In this document: piece after piece, positions 54,926-64,000 of the stretch
Numbering within the stretch: position 1 is the stretch's first letter
How the letters are laid out: every line of letters starts with the position of its first letter
From: Planctomycetota bacterium
Lineage (GTDB): Bacteria; Planctomycetota; UBA8108; SXIK01
Length of the DNA stretch: 64,000 nt
Direction: 5' to 3'
Assembly: GCA_965223845.1 (NCBI GenBank)
Contig: CBDCXR010000004.1
Coordinates: forward strand, 6,400,001 to 6,464,000
The notes under the pieces: generated by a model
Told to the model about the DNA's origin: nothing
What the model saw: the letters and a program-made list of their open reading frames with translations, nothing else
The model's database searches: none
Translations under genes and position numbers: made by a program

Positions 54926-57145
54926 TTGCTCTTTTCATCTCCTCACTCGAAACTGCATGCTCACGCGGCACTTGCGTGTCTGCTGGGTGTTGGTGTTTTG
55001 GTCTCGGAGATCTGTCCGGCGGCTCCGCCCGAAGATCCGCCGAAGGATTCGAGAGATCGTCACGCCGAGAGGCCGGCAGAGTTCTTCGAGAAGAAAATCC
55101 GCCCCGTTCTCGTCGATCGGTGCTACGGCTGTCACTCCGAGGCGAGCGGGAAGGCGAAGGGCGGCTTTCGACTCGATTCGCGGGATGGCATCCGGCGCGG
55201 GGGCGAGACCGGGCCCGCCGTCGTTCCTGGACGGCCCGACGCGAGCTTGCTCCTGCGCGCGATCCGGCGCGAAGGCCCGAAGATGCCGCCCGACGGTCCG
55301 CTTCCGGATCGCGTCATCCGCGATTTCGTGCAGTGGATCGAGCTCGGGGCGCCCGACCCCCGGACCGAAGACGAGACTCGAGCTCGCGGCGAGGCGGCGG
55401 CGAGCGCGGCCGGGCGCCACTGGGCGTTTACTTCGCCGCGTCGATCCGAGCCTCCGTCCGTCGCTGACGAGTCCTGGCCGTCCGGCCCGATCGATCGATT
55501 CGTCCTCGCACGTCTCGAAGCCGAGGGGATCGCGCCCAGCGCCGCCGCCGATCCGGCGACTCTACTTCGTCGCGTGACCTTCGACCTCACGGGTCTTCCG
55601 CCGAGCGAGGATGCGATCGAGTCGTTCCTTGCGGACGCGAGTCCGGTCGCCTACGAGAAAGTCGTCGACCGGCTGCTCAGCTCGGTTCAGTTCGGTGAGC
55701 GGTGGGCGCGACTTTGGCTCGACGTCGCGCGCTACGCCGAAGACCAGGCGCACATCGTCGGAAACAACGAGTCGCTGTTTTATCCGAACGCGTACATCTA
55801 TCGCGACTGGGTCATCGCCGCACTGAGCAGCGACGTGCCGTACGACCGGTTCGTCAGGCTACAACTCGCCGTCGATTTGCTCGAGCCGGAAAACGACCGC
55901 GATCTTCCCGCGCTCGGTTTCATCGGACTGGGCCCGAAGTACTACGATCGCAACAACCCGGTCGTCATGGGGGACGAGTGGGAAGATCGCGTCGACACGG
56001 TCTCGCGTGGAATCCTCGGCCTCACCGTCGCGTGCGCACGCTGCCACGATCACAAGTACGATCCGATCTCGACCGAGGACTACTACGGACTCGCTGGGGT
56101 GTTCGCGAGCACGGAGATGTTCAACCGGCCGCGAGGGGAAAAAGCGGAGCGCGGTAAGAAAGGTCAGGCCAAATCGCCATCGGGCGCGCTTCACATCGTG
56201 CGCGAAGGCAAAGTGCGGGACCTCCACGTCCAGGTTCGCGGCAACCCGGAGAACAAGGGGCCGCTCGTTCGGCGGCGATTCTTGAGCCTGTTCGAACGGG
56301 ACGGCGAACCGCGGCCCTTTGAACGCGGAAGCGGACGTGCGGAGCTCGCGGAGTCCGTGACCAAAACGTCGACCGCGCTCACGGCGCGCGTCATCGTGAA
56401 CCGCGTATGGGGCGAGCTCACCGGCGCGGCGATTGTCGCGACACCGAGCAACTTCGGTGTCCTCGGAGCGCGGCCGACGCATCCCGAGCTCCTCGACGAC
56501 CTCGCGATTCGCTTCGTCGAGTCGGGGTGGTCGCTCAAATGGCTCTGCCGGGAGATCGTACTCTCGTCGACGTATCGCCAACGAAGTGACGTCGATCCCG
56601 TGAGAGCGGCGCGCGACGAGGCGAATCGACTTCTCTGGCGCATGCATCGTCGTCGGCTTCCGATCGAGTCTTGGCGCGACGCGATCCTCACCGTCGCGGG
56701 CGAACTCGACGCTGCGGTGGGGGGGAAGTCGGTCGATCCGGCGCGACCGGAAGAGAAACGGCGGACGGTGTACGCGCGCGTCAGCCGCTTCCAGCTCAAC
56801 TCTATGCTTCAGCTGTTCGACTTCCCCGACCCGAATGTACACGCAGCGCAGCGCGCGCTCACGATCACTCCGCTCCAGAAGCTCTTCGCGCTGAACAGCG
56901 CCTTCATTCTGCACCAGGCGCAGCGACTCGCCGACTCGCTTCTCGCGGAGTTCGGCGGGGCAGCGTCGATGGTTCCCGAGACGGGAGTCCGGCGTGCGTA
57001 CGCTCGCGTGTTCGGTCGGGCTCCGTCGGTTCGCGAGCTCGCGATCGGTCGCGAGTTTTTCGCGACTCGCTCAGGCGACGCCGCGGCGTGGAAGGAGTAC
57101 GTCCACGCGCTTCTCGTGTCGAACGAGCTCGTCTATTTGGACTGA
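54926..57145 (+). CDS. Planctomycete cytochrome c + DUF1549 (PSCyt2) + DUF1553 (PSD1) protein
   Basis: FFEKKIRPVLVDRCYGCH, HWAF, LLRRVTFDLTGLPP, GERWARLWLDVARY, CARCHDHKYDPI, ARVIVNRVW, PTHPELLD; start uncertain. Confidence 0.93.
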   Translation: MLFSSPHSKLHAHAALACLLGVGVLVSEICPAAPPEDPPKDSRDRHAERPAEFFEKKIRPVLVDRCYGCHSEASGKAKGGFRLDSRDGIRRGGETGPAVVPGRPDASLLLRAIRREGPKMPPDGPLPDRVIRDFVQWIELGAPDPRTEDETRARGEAAASAAGRHWAFTSPRRSEPPSVADESWPSGPIDRFVLARLEAEGIAPSAAADPATLLRRVTFDLTGLPPSEDAIESFLADASPVAYEKVVDRLLSSVQFGERWARLWLDVARYAEDQAHIVGNNESLFYPNAYIYRDWVIAALSSDVPYDRFVRLQLAVDLLEPENDRDLPALGFIGLGPKYYDRNNPVVMGDEWEDRVDTVSRGILGLTVACARCHDHKYDPISTEDYYGLAGVFASTEMFNRPRGEKAERGKKGQAKSPSGALHIVREGKVRDLHVQVRGNPENKGPLVRRRFLSLFERDGEPRPFERGSGRAELAESVTKTSTALTARVIVNRVWGELTGAAIVATPSNFGVLGARPTHPELLDDLAIRFVESGWSLKWLCREIVLSSTYRQRSDVDPVRAARDEANRLLWRMHRRRLPIESWRDAILTVAGELDAAVGGKSVDPARPEEKRRTVYARVSRFQLNSMLQLFDFPDPNVHAAQRALTITPLQKLFALNSAFILHQAQRLADSLLAEFGGAASMVPETGVRRAYARVFGRAPSVRELAIGREFFATRSGDAAAWKEYVHALLVSNELVYLD

Positions 57146-57405
57146 GTTTGGGTGACGCGTCCGTGACGATGTGTCGCCTCACTCGGCGCCGTACGCTCGG
57201 CGGTGGAACGGCGAGCTCGGAAACGGGAGGGCCGCCGGCTGAGGTCGAGGCTCGAGTGATTTTCGGAGCTTCCGGCGGCCGCGCGCACCCGCGAAGAGCT
57301 TGACGCGACTCGCGAGACCGACGAATCTGTTGGTTTGAAGCTGATTCGGCTCAGCCGTTCGCGTCCGGCTCGATCGGACGCTCCGTCAACGACACGAGGC
57401 GAACC

Positions 57406-58830
57406 GTGGACGAAGCGACGACTTCCTCTCCGCGAAGGGATCCGCGTACGCTGAACCGCCGCGACATGCTCCGGCGGGCCGGCGGCGGTTTTGGTGCGCT
57501 CGGGCTAGCCGGCATGCTCGATTCCGTCGCGCGGGGAGCGTCGAGCGCGGGGTCGACGGTCGCGCTCCATCGTCCGGCGCGCGCGAAGAGCGTCATCTTT
57601 CTCTTCATGAACGGCGCGCCGTCTCACGTCGACACCTTCGATCCAAAACCCGCGCTCGCGAAGCACGCCGGCGAAGAGCCGCCGAGCAAGTGGAAGAAGG
57701 GCAAGGTCGGCGGCCTCATGCCGTCTCCGTTCCGCTTCGACGCACACGGCGAGAGCGGCGTCGTCATGAGCGAGCTTCTGCCGGAGCTTTCTCATTCGGC
57801 CGACGACCTCTGCGTGCTCCGATCGATGCACACCGACGTGCCGAACCACGAGCCCGGTCTCCTCATGATGCTTTCGGGGAACCAGCAGCCGGTGCGTCCG
57901 TCCCTCGGCTCTTGGGTCTCGTACGGCCTCGGCACTGAGAACGAAAATCTTCCGGGGTACGTCGTTCTCTGCCCCGGGCGGCCGGTCGTCGGACCACGTC
58001 TCTGGTCGTCTGGTTTTCTCCCGGGCGAGCATCAGGGCACTGCGCTCGACACGCGTGATCTCGCGGTCGAGAAGCTGATCGCAAATGTGCGGCATCCGAG
58101 TTTGTCGATCGCCGACCAGCGTCGCCAGGTCGATCTTATCCGCGAGTTGAACGCGCTTCACCGCGAGGCGCGCCCCGGCGAGGTTGCGCTCGATGCGCAA
58201 ATCCGATCGCTCGAAACCGCGTTTCGGATGCAGATCGAAGCGACGGACGCGTTCGACGTCGCGCGGGAGACCGATTCCGTGCGTGATCGCTACGGTCGGA
58301 CACCGTACGGACAATCGTGTCTCATGGCTCGCCGACTCGTCGAGCGCGGTGTGCGCTTCGTTCAGGTCTACTACGTCTCCGGCAAGAACAAGCAGCCGTG
58401 GGACACACACGCCGACAACGACAACCGTCATCGAACCCTGTGCGCGGACAGCGACCGCGGGACGGCGGCGCTCATCGAGGACCTCCGCCAGCGCGGACTC
58501 CTCGAAGACACGCTCGTGATCTGGGGCGGGGAATTCGGACGTACACCGTACGCCCAACCCGCGAAAAACGGCCGCGCCGGGCGCGACCACCATCACACCG
58601 GCTTTTCGATGTTCCTCGCGGGCGGCGGCGTGCGAGGCGGCACGATGTACGGCACGACGGACGAGTTCGGAATTCATGCCGTCGAGAAGCGAGCTCACGT
58701 GCACGATCTTCACGCTACGATCCTCCACCTCCTCGGCATCGACCACGAGCAGCTCACCTACCGGTGGTCGGGACGGGATTTCCGCCTCACCGACGTCCAC
58801 GGGAACGTGATGCACGACATCATCGCGTGA
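57406..58830 (+). CDS. DUF1501 family protein
   Basis: NRRDMLRRAGGGFG, AKSVIFLFMNGAPSHVDTFDPKP, ARRLVERGVRFVQ, WGGEFGRTP, GRDFRLTDV. Confidence 0.95.
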   Translation: MDEATTSSPRRDPRTLNRRDMLRRAGGGFGALGLAGMLDSVARGASSAGSTVALHRPARAKSVIFLFMNGAPSHVDTFDPKPALAKHAGEEPPSKWKKGKVGGLMPSPFRFDAHGESGVVMSELLPELSHSADDLCVLRSMHTDVPNHEPGLLMMLSGNQQPVRPSLGSWVSYGLGTENENLPGYVVLCPGRPVVGPRLWSSGFLPGEHQGTALDTRDLAVEKLIANVRHPSLSIADQRRQVDLIRELNALHREARPGEVALDAQIRSLETAFRMQIEATDAFDVARETDSVRDRYGRTPYGQSCLMARRLVERGVRFVQVYYVSGKNKQPWDTHADNDNRHRTLCADSDRGTAALIEDLRQRGLLEDTLVIWGGEFGRTPYAQPAKNGRAGRDHHHTGFSMFLAGGGVRGGTMYGTTDEFGIHAVEKRAHVHDLHATILHLLGIDHEQLTYRWSGRDFRLTDVHGNVMHDIIA

Positions 58831-58836
58831 CGCGCC

Positions 58837-60267
58837 GTGGGTGATTCGTTTTGGCTCGGCATCGCGATCGGCGTCTACCTCGTCGTTCTCTTCGCGATCG
58901 GCCTCTGGGCTCGCGGTCGCATCCACGACGCGTCCGACTACATCGTCGCCGGCCGCCGACTCCCGTTCTTCTTTTCGACGGGGACTCTGCTCGCGACTTG
59001 GTTCGGCGCGGGCATCGTTCTCGCGACGACGGACGAGGTGCGCGAGAGCGGGCTCCAGAACATCGCGCTCGAGCCCATCGGTCCCGGACTCTGCCTCGTT
59101 TTCGTGGCGCTCTTCTTCGCCCGGCCGATGTGGAACGCGCGCCTCCTTACGCACAACGACCTCTACGCGAGGCGGTACGGAAAGCGCGTCGAAATCCTTT
59201 CGAGTCTCTACGCGATCAACTTCGTTCCTTGGATTTCTGCGCAGCTCCTCGGCATGGCGGGGATCCTTCGCGTCTACTTTGAGCTCCCGCTCGAAGCGGG
59301 GATCGTTCTCGTCGCGTTTGTCGCCCTCGGCTACACGCTCCTCGGCGGCATGTGGTCGGTCACGATCACCGACGCGTTTCAGCTCGTTCTGATCCTCCTC
59401 GGTCTCGTGTGGCTCTTGGTCGTGACCCTCGCCGAGCTCGGCGGCGGCTCCGCGTCGGCTGGCTGGAGCGAAATGCTGCGAGCGACGCCGCCCGAGGACC
59501 TCGAAGCGTTCTCGGTGAAGAGCACGGCGGAGATGTTCGAGTGGCTCTCGCTCTTCCTCGCGGGGACGATCGGCATCATTCCGAGTCAGGACCTGATGCA
59601 GCGAGTCTTTGCGGCCAGATCGGCACGCGTCGCGGTGTGGTCGAGCCTGACCGCCGGACTTCTCTACCTCGCCTTCGGCGCGATCCCGGTCGTCGTCGGC
59701 CTAGCGAGTCGTGGACTCCTCGACGTGGAGATCGACAGCGACATCGTCGCGGAGCTCGGCCGATCGCTCATGGGGCCGGTCGCCGGAACGATCTTCGTCC
59801 TCGCGATCCTCTCCGCGGTCCTCTCGACCATCGACAGCGCGCTCCTCGCGCCGGCGAGTGTATTCGCGCAAAACTTCCTTCGTCACGTCGCCGGAGGACG
59901 CGTGTCGGTGCTCGCGCTCACGCGGCTCGCAGCAATCGGAATTGCGGCCGCGAGCTCACTCCTCGCGCTCAGCGGAAACGACGCATTCGCGTTTCTCGAG
60001 GAGTCGTACTCGATGGGGCTCGCCCCGTTCGTAGTGCTCGTGTTCGCCGTCTACCAGAAGACGACTCGCGAGCTCCCCGCGCTTCTCGCGCTTTCCTTCG
60101 GGCTCCTCGCGTGGCTCGCCGAGATCTTGGCGTCGTGGCGGGGGACGACTCTGACGCTGAAGCCGGTCTTCGGCGAGGAGCCCGCGGAGATCCCTTCGGC
60201 GATCGTGATCCTGGTGGTGAGCTTCTCGCTCTACGTCCTCGGGGATCTGTGGGAGCGGCGGAGGTAG
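58837..60267 (+). CDS. Sodium:solute symporter family protein
   Basis: DYIVAGRRLP, LLATWFGAG, YTLLGGMWSVTITDAFQ, IPSQDLMQRVFAA, AILSAVLSTIDSALL; about 13 TM segments. Confidence 0.93.
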   Translation: MGDSFWLGIAIGVYLVVLFAIGLWARGRIHDASDYIVAGRRLPFFFSTGTLLATWFGAGIVLATTDEVRESGLQNIALEPIGPGLCLVFVALFFARPMWNARLLTHNDLYARRYGKRVEILSSLYAINFVPWISAQLLGMAGILRVYFELPLEAGIVLVAFVALGYTLLGGMWSVTITDAFQLVLILLGLVWLLVVTLAELGGGSASAGWSEMLRATPPEDLEAFSVKSTAEMFEWLSLFLAGTIGIIPSQDLMQRVFAARSARVAVWSSLTAGLLYLAFGAIPVVVGLASRGLLDVEIDSDIVAELGRSLMGPVAGTIFVLAILSAVLSTIDSALLAPASVFAQNFLRHVAGGRVSVLALTRLAAIGIAAASSLLALSGNDAFAFLEESYSMGLAPFVVLVFAVYQKTTRELPALLALSFGLLAWLAEILASWRGTTLTLKPVFGEEPAEIPSAIVILVVSFSLYVLGDLWERRR

Positions 60268-60314
60268 AGCGGGCTTCTGGCTCGTGTGCGATCTCTTTTC
60301 CGATTCCGAATTAC

Positions 60315-61832
60315 CTAGTCGTGCACGAGCACTAGAAACGCAACGAACTCCACGTCACCCCCATCGCACGCCGGGAAACCGTACACCTGGATGAGGTCCC
60401 CCATGCCGAGGGATCCGAGGGGAATGACGTCGTTCTCGCCGCCGCGGAGGTCGAGGACGACCGCCGTGTCGAGCACGTCGACGAGTATGCCGTTGAGCAT
60501 GAGGCGCCGTTCGACCGGGTCGACCGCCTCGAGGGGACCCTCGAGCCGATCCGGCGAGATGATCACCTTCCGCGCGATCCCGGGATCCGTCGCGTCCGGC
60601 TCGATCGCGACGTCGATCGGACCGCAGTCGAGGAGCTCGTCGAGCTCCACGAAGGTGATCGGTCCGCGTCCGCTGATCTCGACGGATTCACCGCTCGGGA
60701 GGAGGTAGCTCACCGTCTCCTCCGCACCTTCGGGCCGAACGGCGAGCTCGTGTCCGCCCTCCGTCGGCGCGACCGAGATCAGCTCACCGACGATACGATT
60801 CCGAACGAGAATACAGTGGGCGAGGAGAACGCCCTCGGCGTCGAGGTGCTTTCCGCGGACCCGCACTTCGGCACCGGGCTGGATCGCTTCCGGGCCGACG
60901 CGTTCGTCGCAACCCTGCAGGATGATCGTGTTGTCCGACAGGCGGACCGTCAAATCGCCGTCTTCGAAGTCACCGTCTTCGACGCGGAGGAGGAATTCGC
61001 CGTCAGTGACCTCGCTCTGTGCGATCCCGCGCGCCCGCTCCGTTTCGCCGACGACGATGATCGAGGCGAGGATGCGCCCGTCCGAGGTCAGCGGGCCGCG
61101 GACGGTCGCACGAACGTCGAGCGGCAAATCTTCGGGCGCGATCGGTTCGCCGGCCGCGTTGAACACGATCGTTTCGTCGTCGATGATGATTTCCGCGTGA
61201 CCGCGATCGGAACCGAAGTCGAGGAGGAGACCGTCGACGAGACCGTCCGTCTCGAAGCGCTCGGCGATGCGCCCTTCGAGCGTGCGCGGACAGCCGTCCG
61301 TGCCGTGCCGAATGTCGACGAACGCGACCGGCCGAAAGATGCACTTTCCGGAGTTTCCGGCTTGGTGTAGGTGGATCGACTTATTCGCGTCTATGTCGAG
61401 GCGGATCTCGAGCGTCTCCCCTCCGATGACGCGGAATGGACCGCGCGGGTTGAGGTCGAGCTTGCCGCTCGGGAGCTTCATGGTGAGATCTTCGCACGGG
61501 CCGCCGATCGCACGGAGACGCGAGACGCGAAGCCGGACCTTGTGGTAGGTGCCGGACGGGACCTCCTCCACCGCGAGCAGAAAGTCCTCGTCGCGCAGGT
61601 CGAGAATGTCGACCTCTTTCCCGTCGGCCGATTCGTACACGGTGATGGGGTGTCCTTCACCGAGGAGCGAAACTTCGTGGATGGTGAGGAAGATGTGGTC
61701 GTAGTCGGCCGGACCGTCCGCGACGAGCACGGCGACCTGGCCGGTCTGAGAACCGCCCGATCCACCACCGCCGCAGCCCACGGCGACGAAGAGTGCACAA
61801 CAGATGAGGGTTTCGAGGCAGCGTCGTGGCAT
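60315..61832 (-). CDS. Lipoprotein with DUF4382 and repeated DUF5666-like domains
   Basis: Lipobox VAVGC-GGGGSGG; VLVADGP, VPSGTYHKVRL, RLDIDANKSI, FRPV; repeated OB-like G.I...L...V...T...VRG units. Confidence 0.8.
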   Translation of the reverse strand: MPRRCLETLICCALFVAVGCGGGGSGGSQTGQVAVLVADGPADYDHIFLTIHEVSLLGEGHPITVYESADGKEVDILDLRDEDFLLAVEEVPSGTYHKVRLRVSRLRAIGGPCEDLTMKLPSGKLDLNPRGPFRVIGGETLEIRLDIDANKSIHLHQAGNSGKCIFRPVAFVDIRHGTDGCPRTLEGRIAERFETDGLVDGLLLDFGSDRGHAEIIIDDETIVFNAAGEPIAPEDLPLDVRATVRGPLTSDGRILASIIVVGETERARGIAQSEVTDGEFLLRVEDGDFEDGDLTVRLSDNTIILQGCDERVGPEAIQPGAEVRVRGKHLDAEGVLLAHCILVRNRIVGELISVAPTEGGHELAVRPEGAEETVSYLLPSGESVEISGRGPITFVELDELLDCGPIDVAIEPDATDPGIARKVIISPDRLEGPLEAVDPVERRLMLNGILVDVLDTAVVLDLRGGENDVIPLGSLGMGDLIQVYGFPACDGGDVEFVAFLVLVHD

Positions 61833-61918
61833 GGAAGAGATCTCCAGTGCGATCCGGCCTTTCGGCGAGCCGCGCGGTTCAGAGTGGTAACGAGATGGAG
61901 TGCCCCGAGGTCTTCACG

Positions 61919-61933
61919 GCAAGCCGCGTGCCC
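61919..61933 (-). promoter_or_regulatory. Possible sigma-54 promoter upstream of the DUF4382 lipoprotein
   Basis: Minus strand GGGCACGCGGCTTGC = GG-N10-GC with GGCAC and TTGC, about 87 bp before ATG 61832. Confidence 0.5.
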
Positions 61934-62110
61934 GCTAGCGGAATCCTGCGTCGAAGCGTTCTAAGTGCTTTTGCCGACACGAGCCGCTCAGTCGGCGCGG
62001 ATTGTACCGGAACTTGGCGACTCGCGCGAACCGTCCAAGAAACGGTCGGCGGGTAGAAAACGGGTGACCCGGAATGTTCTCGCCCGCGAGGACGTTCGAC
62101 GGGGCCCGAA

Positions 62111-63583
62111 TCACTCTCCGGCGAGACGCCGCAGCAAGCGAACGAGAAACTCGATCAATTCGCCGTAGTTCTCGACGGAGATGCGTTCGTTCACCCCGTG
62201 AATCGACGATTTCGTCGCGTCCGTCACCCACAGCGGAAGGAAGCGGTAGACGTCGTCGGCGATCTTCGCGTAGTGGCGCGAGTCGGTCGCCCCGAACACG
62301 AGATACGGCGCAACGATCACATTCGGGAAAGACTCGCTGATCGTGTGCTGGAGGGCACGAAAGGCACGTGAATCGGTGGACGAGACGGGCGACGGTTCCG
62401 TGCTCGCCCCGACCGACTCGATGCGAATCTCCGGCCCGACGATTTCGCGCAAGCGATCGAGCGTTGTCGCCACCGTCTCGCCCGGCAAGATGCGCAGATT
62501 GACGACGGCCCGCGCGGACTCGGGGAGCACGTTGTCCTTCACGCCGGCGTCGAGGATCGTCGGCGCGACGGTGGTCCGGACGAGAGCGGCCGTCGTCGTG
62601 TCGGCTGCGAGCGAGCCCTCGACGAGCGGCCGAGAGAGCCAAAGGTTCGCGGCGCCCAAGCGAACGGCGTAGGAAGATTCGGGCGCGAGAAACGCGAGCA
62701 TCTCCTCCGTCGCTCCGCTCATCTGAGTCGGGAACGGATCCGCTTCGATCGCGGCGATCGCTCGCGCGACGGCGCCGATCGCCGTCTTCTTCGGAGGCGT
62801 CGACGAGTGTCCACCCGTCGCCTCCGCGCGGAGCTCGACGCTCAAGTAACCCTTCTCCGCGATACCGACCAGCGCAACGGGCCGATCGACAACGGTCAAG
62901 ATGCGCTCTGCGATGAAGCCGCCCTCATCGACCACGTATTCGAACTGAATCCCGCGAGCGCGAAGCCTCTCGGCGATCGCTCCGTTTCCGCGCGCCCCAC
63001 CGGTTTCCTCGTCGTGGCCAAAGGCGAAGTAGATGGTTTGCGCGGGTTGAAATCCCTCGGCGATGAGGTGTTCGATCGCTTCGAACAGTCCGAACACGCC
63101 GCTTTTCACGTCGAGCGCGCCGCGCCCCCAAATCGTTCCGGCTGCCAGCACTCCGCCGAACGGAGGATGCTTCCAACTCTCGGCCGTGCGCGGGTCGGCC
63201 GGCACGACGTCGAGATGCGACATGAAGAGACCCGGCGCGCGAGTGGAGTCGCTTCCGTCCCAACGAAAGAGAAGGCTGTATTCGTTCACGACCTCGCGCG
63301 CGAGCTCGCGATGCGTCGCGGGGAAGACCTGCTCGAGGTAGCGATGGAGCAGAAGGAACGGCGCGGTCGATTCGGGCGCTCCGCCGGCGGAAGCGATCGT
63401 TTCAAGCTGGATCCCCTTCGCGAGAACTTGGCTCGCACCGACGGCGTCGACCTCGATCGGGGTCCCCGGCGGGACGGCGATCTGACGCGAAGGGAGACGC
63501 GCGGTGCGAACGACGAGGATCGCGGCGAGCAGGGCGGCGATGGAGAGGACGAAAACGATGACTCGCCGGAGGTATTTTCTCAT
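62111..63583 (-). CDS. M20 family metallopeptidase (PM20D1 / Gly-Xaa carboxypeptidase-like), membrane anchored
   Basis: SHLDVVP, WGRGALDVK, GHDEETGG, VDEGG, AEKG, GGHSSTPP, GATDSRHY, IHGVNER. Confidence 0.93.
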   Translation of the reverse strand: MRKYLRRVIVFVLSIAALLAAILVVRTARLPSRQIAVPPGTPIEVDAVGASQVLAKGIQLETIASAGGAPESTAPFLLLHRYLEQVFPATHRELAREVVNEYSLLFRWDGSDSTRAPGLFMSHLDVVPADPRTAESWKHPPFGGVLAAGTIWGRGALDVKSGVFGLFEAIEHLIAEGFQPAQTIYFAFGHDEETGGARGNGAIAERLRARGIQFEYVVDEGGFIAERILTVVDRPVALVGIAEKGYLSVELRAEATGGHSSTPPKKTAIGAVARAIAAIEADPFPTQMSGATEEMLAFLAPESSYAVRLGAANLWLSRPLVEGSLAADTTTAALVRTTVAPTILDAGVKDNVLPESARAVVNLRILPGETVATTLDRLREIVGPEIRIESVGASTEPSPVSSTDSRAFRALQHTISESFPNVIVAPYLVFGATDSRHYAKIADDVYRFLPLWVTDATKSSIHGVNERISVENYGELIEFLVRLLRRLAGE

Positions 63584-63656
63584 GTCACCTCAGCTCGCAA
63601 TCGGCGCGCGAGACGGGCACGGGAACGGGTGAAGGGATGGACTCCCGAGTGACTTT

Positions 63657-64000
63657 CTACGCAATCAAGCCGTGATGCACCCGTGCCTCACCCGTCGGCC
63701 CGACGAGACGCTCGTCGAGACCGCGGTGGCGATACTTGAGCTCCTGCGCGTCGAATCCACAGAGGTGAAGAATCGTCGCCTGGAGATCGTGGACGCTCAT
63801 CCGATTCTCGGTCGCGTAGTAGCCGAGCTCGTCGGTCGCGCCGTAGGAAAGACCGCCGCGGATGCCGCCGCCCGCCATCCAGATGGTCATGCAGTGCGGA
63901 TGGTGATCGCGTCCGATGAACTGGCCGTACGAGCCGCCGCGATTCTCGCGCATCGACGTTCGGCCGAACTCGCCGCTCCAAACAACGAGCGTTTCGTCGA
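63657..64000 (-). CDS. DUF1501 family protein, C-terminal part (5' end outside window)
   Basis: ETLVVWSGEFGRTSMRE...GRDHHP...WMAGGGI..G.SYGATDELG...VHDLQATILHL.G. Confidence 0.9.
   Translation of the reverse strand, partial: DETLVVWSGEFGRTSMRENRGGSYGQFIGRDHHPHCMTIWMAGGGIRGGLSYGATDELGYYATENRMSVHDLQATILHLCGFDAQELKYRHRGLDERLVGPTGEARVHHGLIA

Overview
GC-rich bacterial DNA, almost certainly from a Planctomycetota genome (three DUF1501 genes, a PSCyt/PSD1 cytochrome protein, a TIGR02999-type ECF sigma factor, a PVC-type heme-binding protein, a sulfatase). About 40 genes: housekeeping (macro domain, fumC, solA-like oxidase, purE, HPF-like), transport (MacA-MacB-TolC-like, SSS, CNNM) and many exported hydrolases. 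No rRNA, tRNA or CRISPR array was found. Main unusual signals: (i) three exported proteins with a C-terminal Cys-flanked dockerin-like module, one of them a 1,430-aa protein with an alpha-pore-forming/TcA-like coiled-coil-hairpin architecture and another with a cohesin-like N-terminus; (ii) an acyl-carrier-protein domain fused to an FGE-fold domain, next to an exported PEP/pyruvate-binding (ATP-grasp) protein; (iii) a dispersed 9-bp-periodic REP-like repeat family (about 8 copies), including a three-layer nested structure of repeat pair, second palindrome and IS256-derived mini-element; (iv) an exported protein with 53 Gln in 59 residues; (v) an ECF-TM-LRR one-component sigma factor and two adjacent single-base-frameshifted genes. 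All family assignments are from motif recognition by eye; no searches were run.
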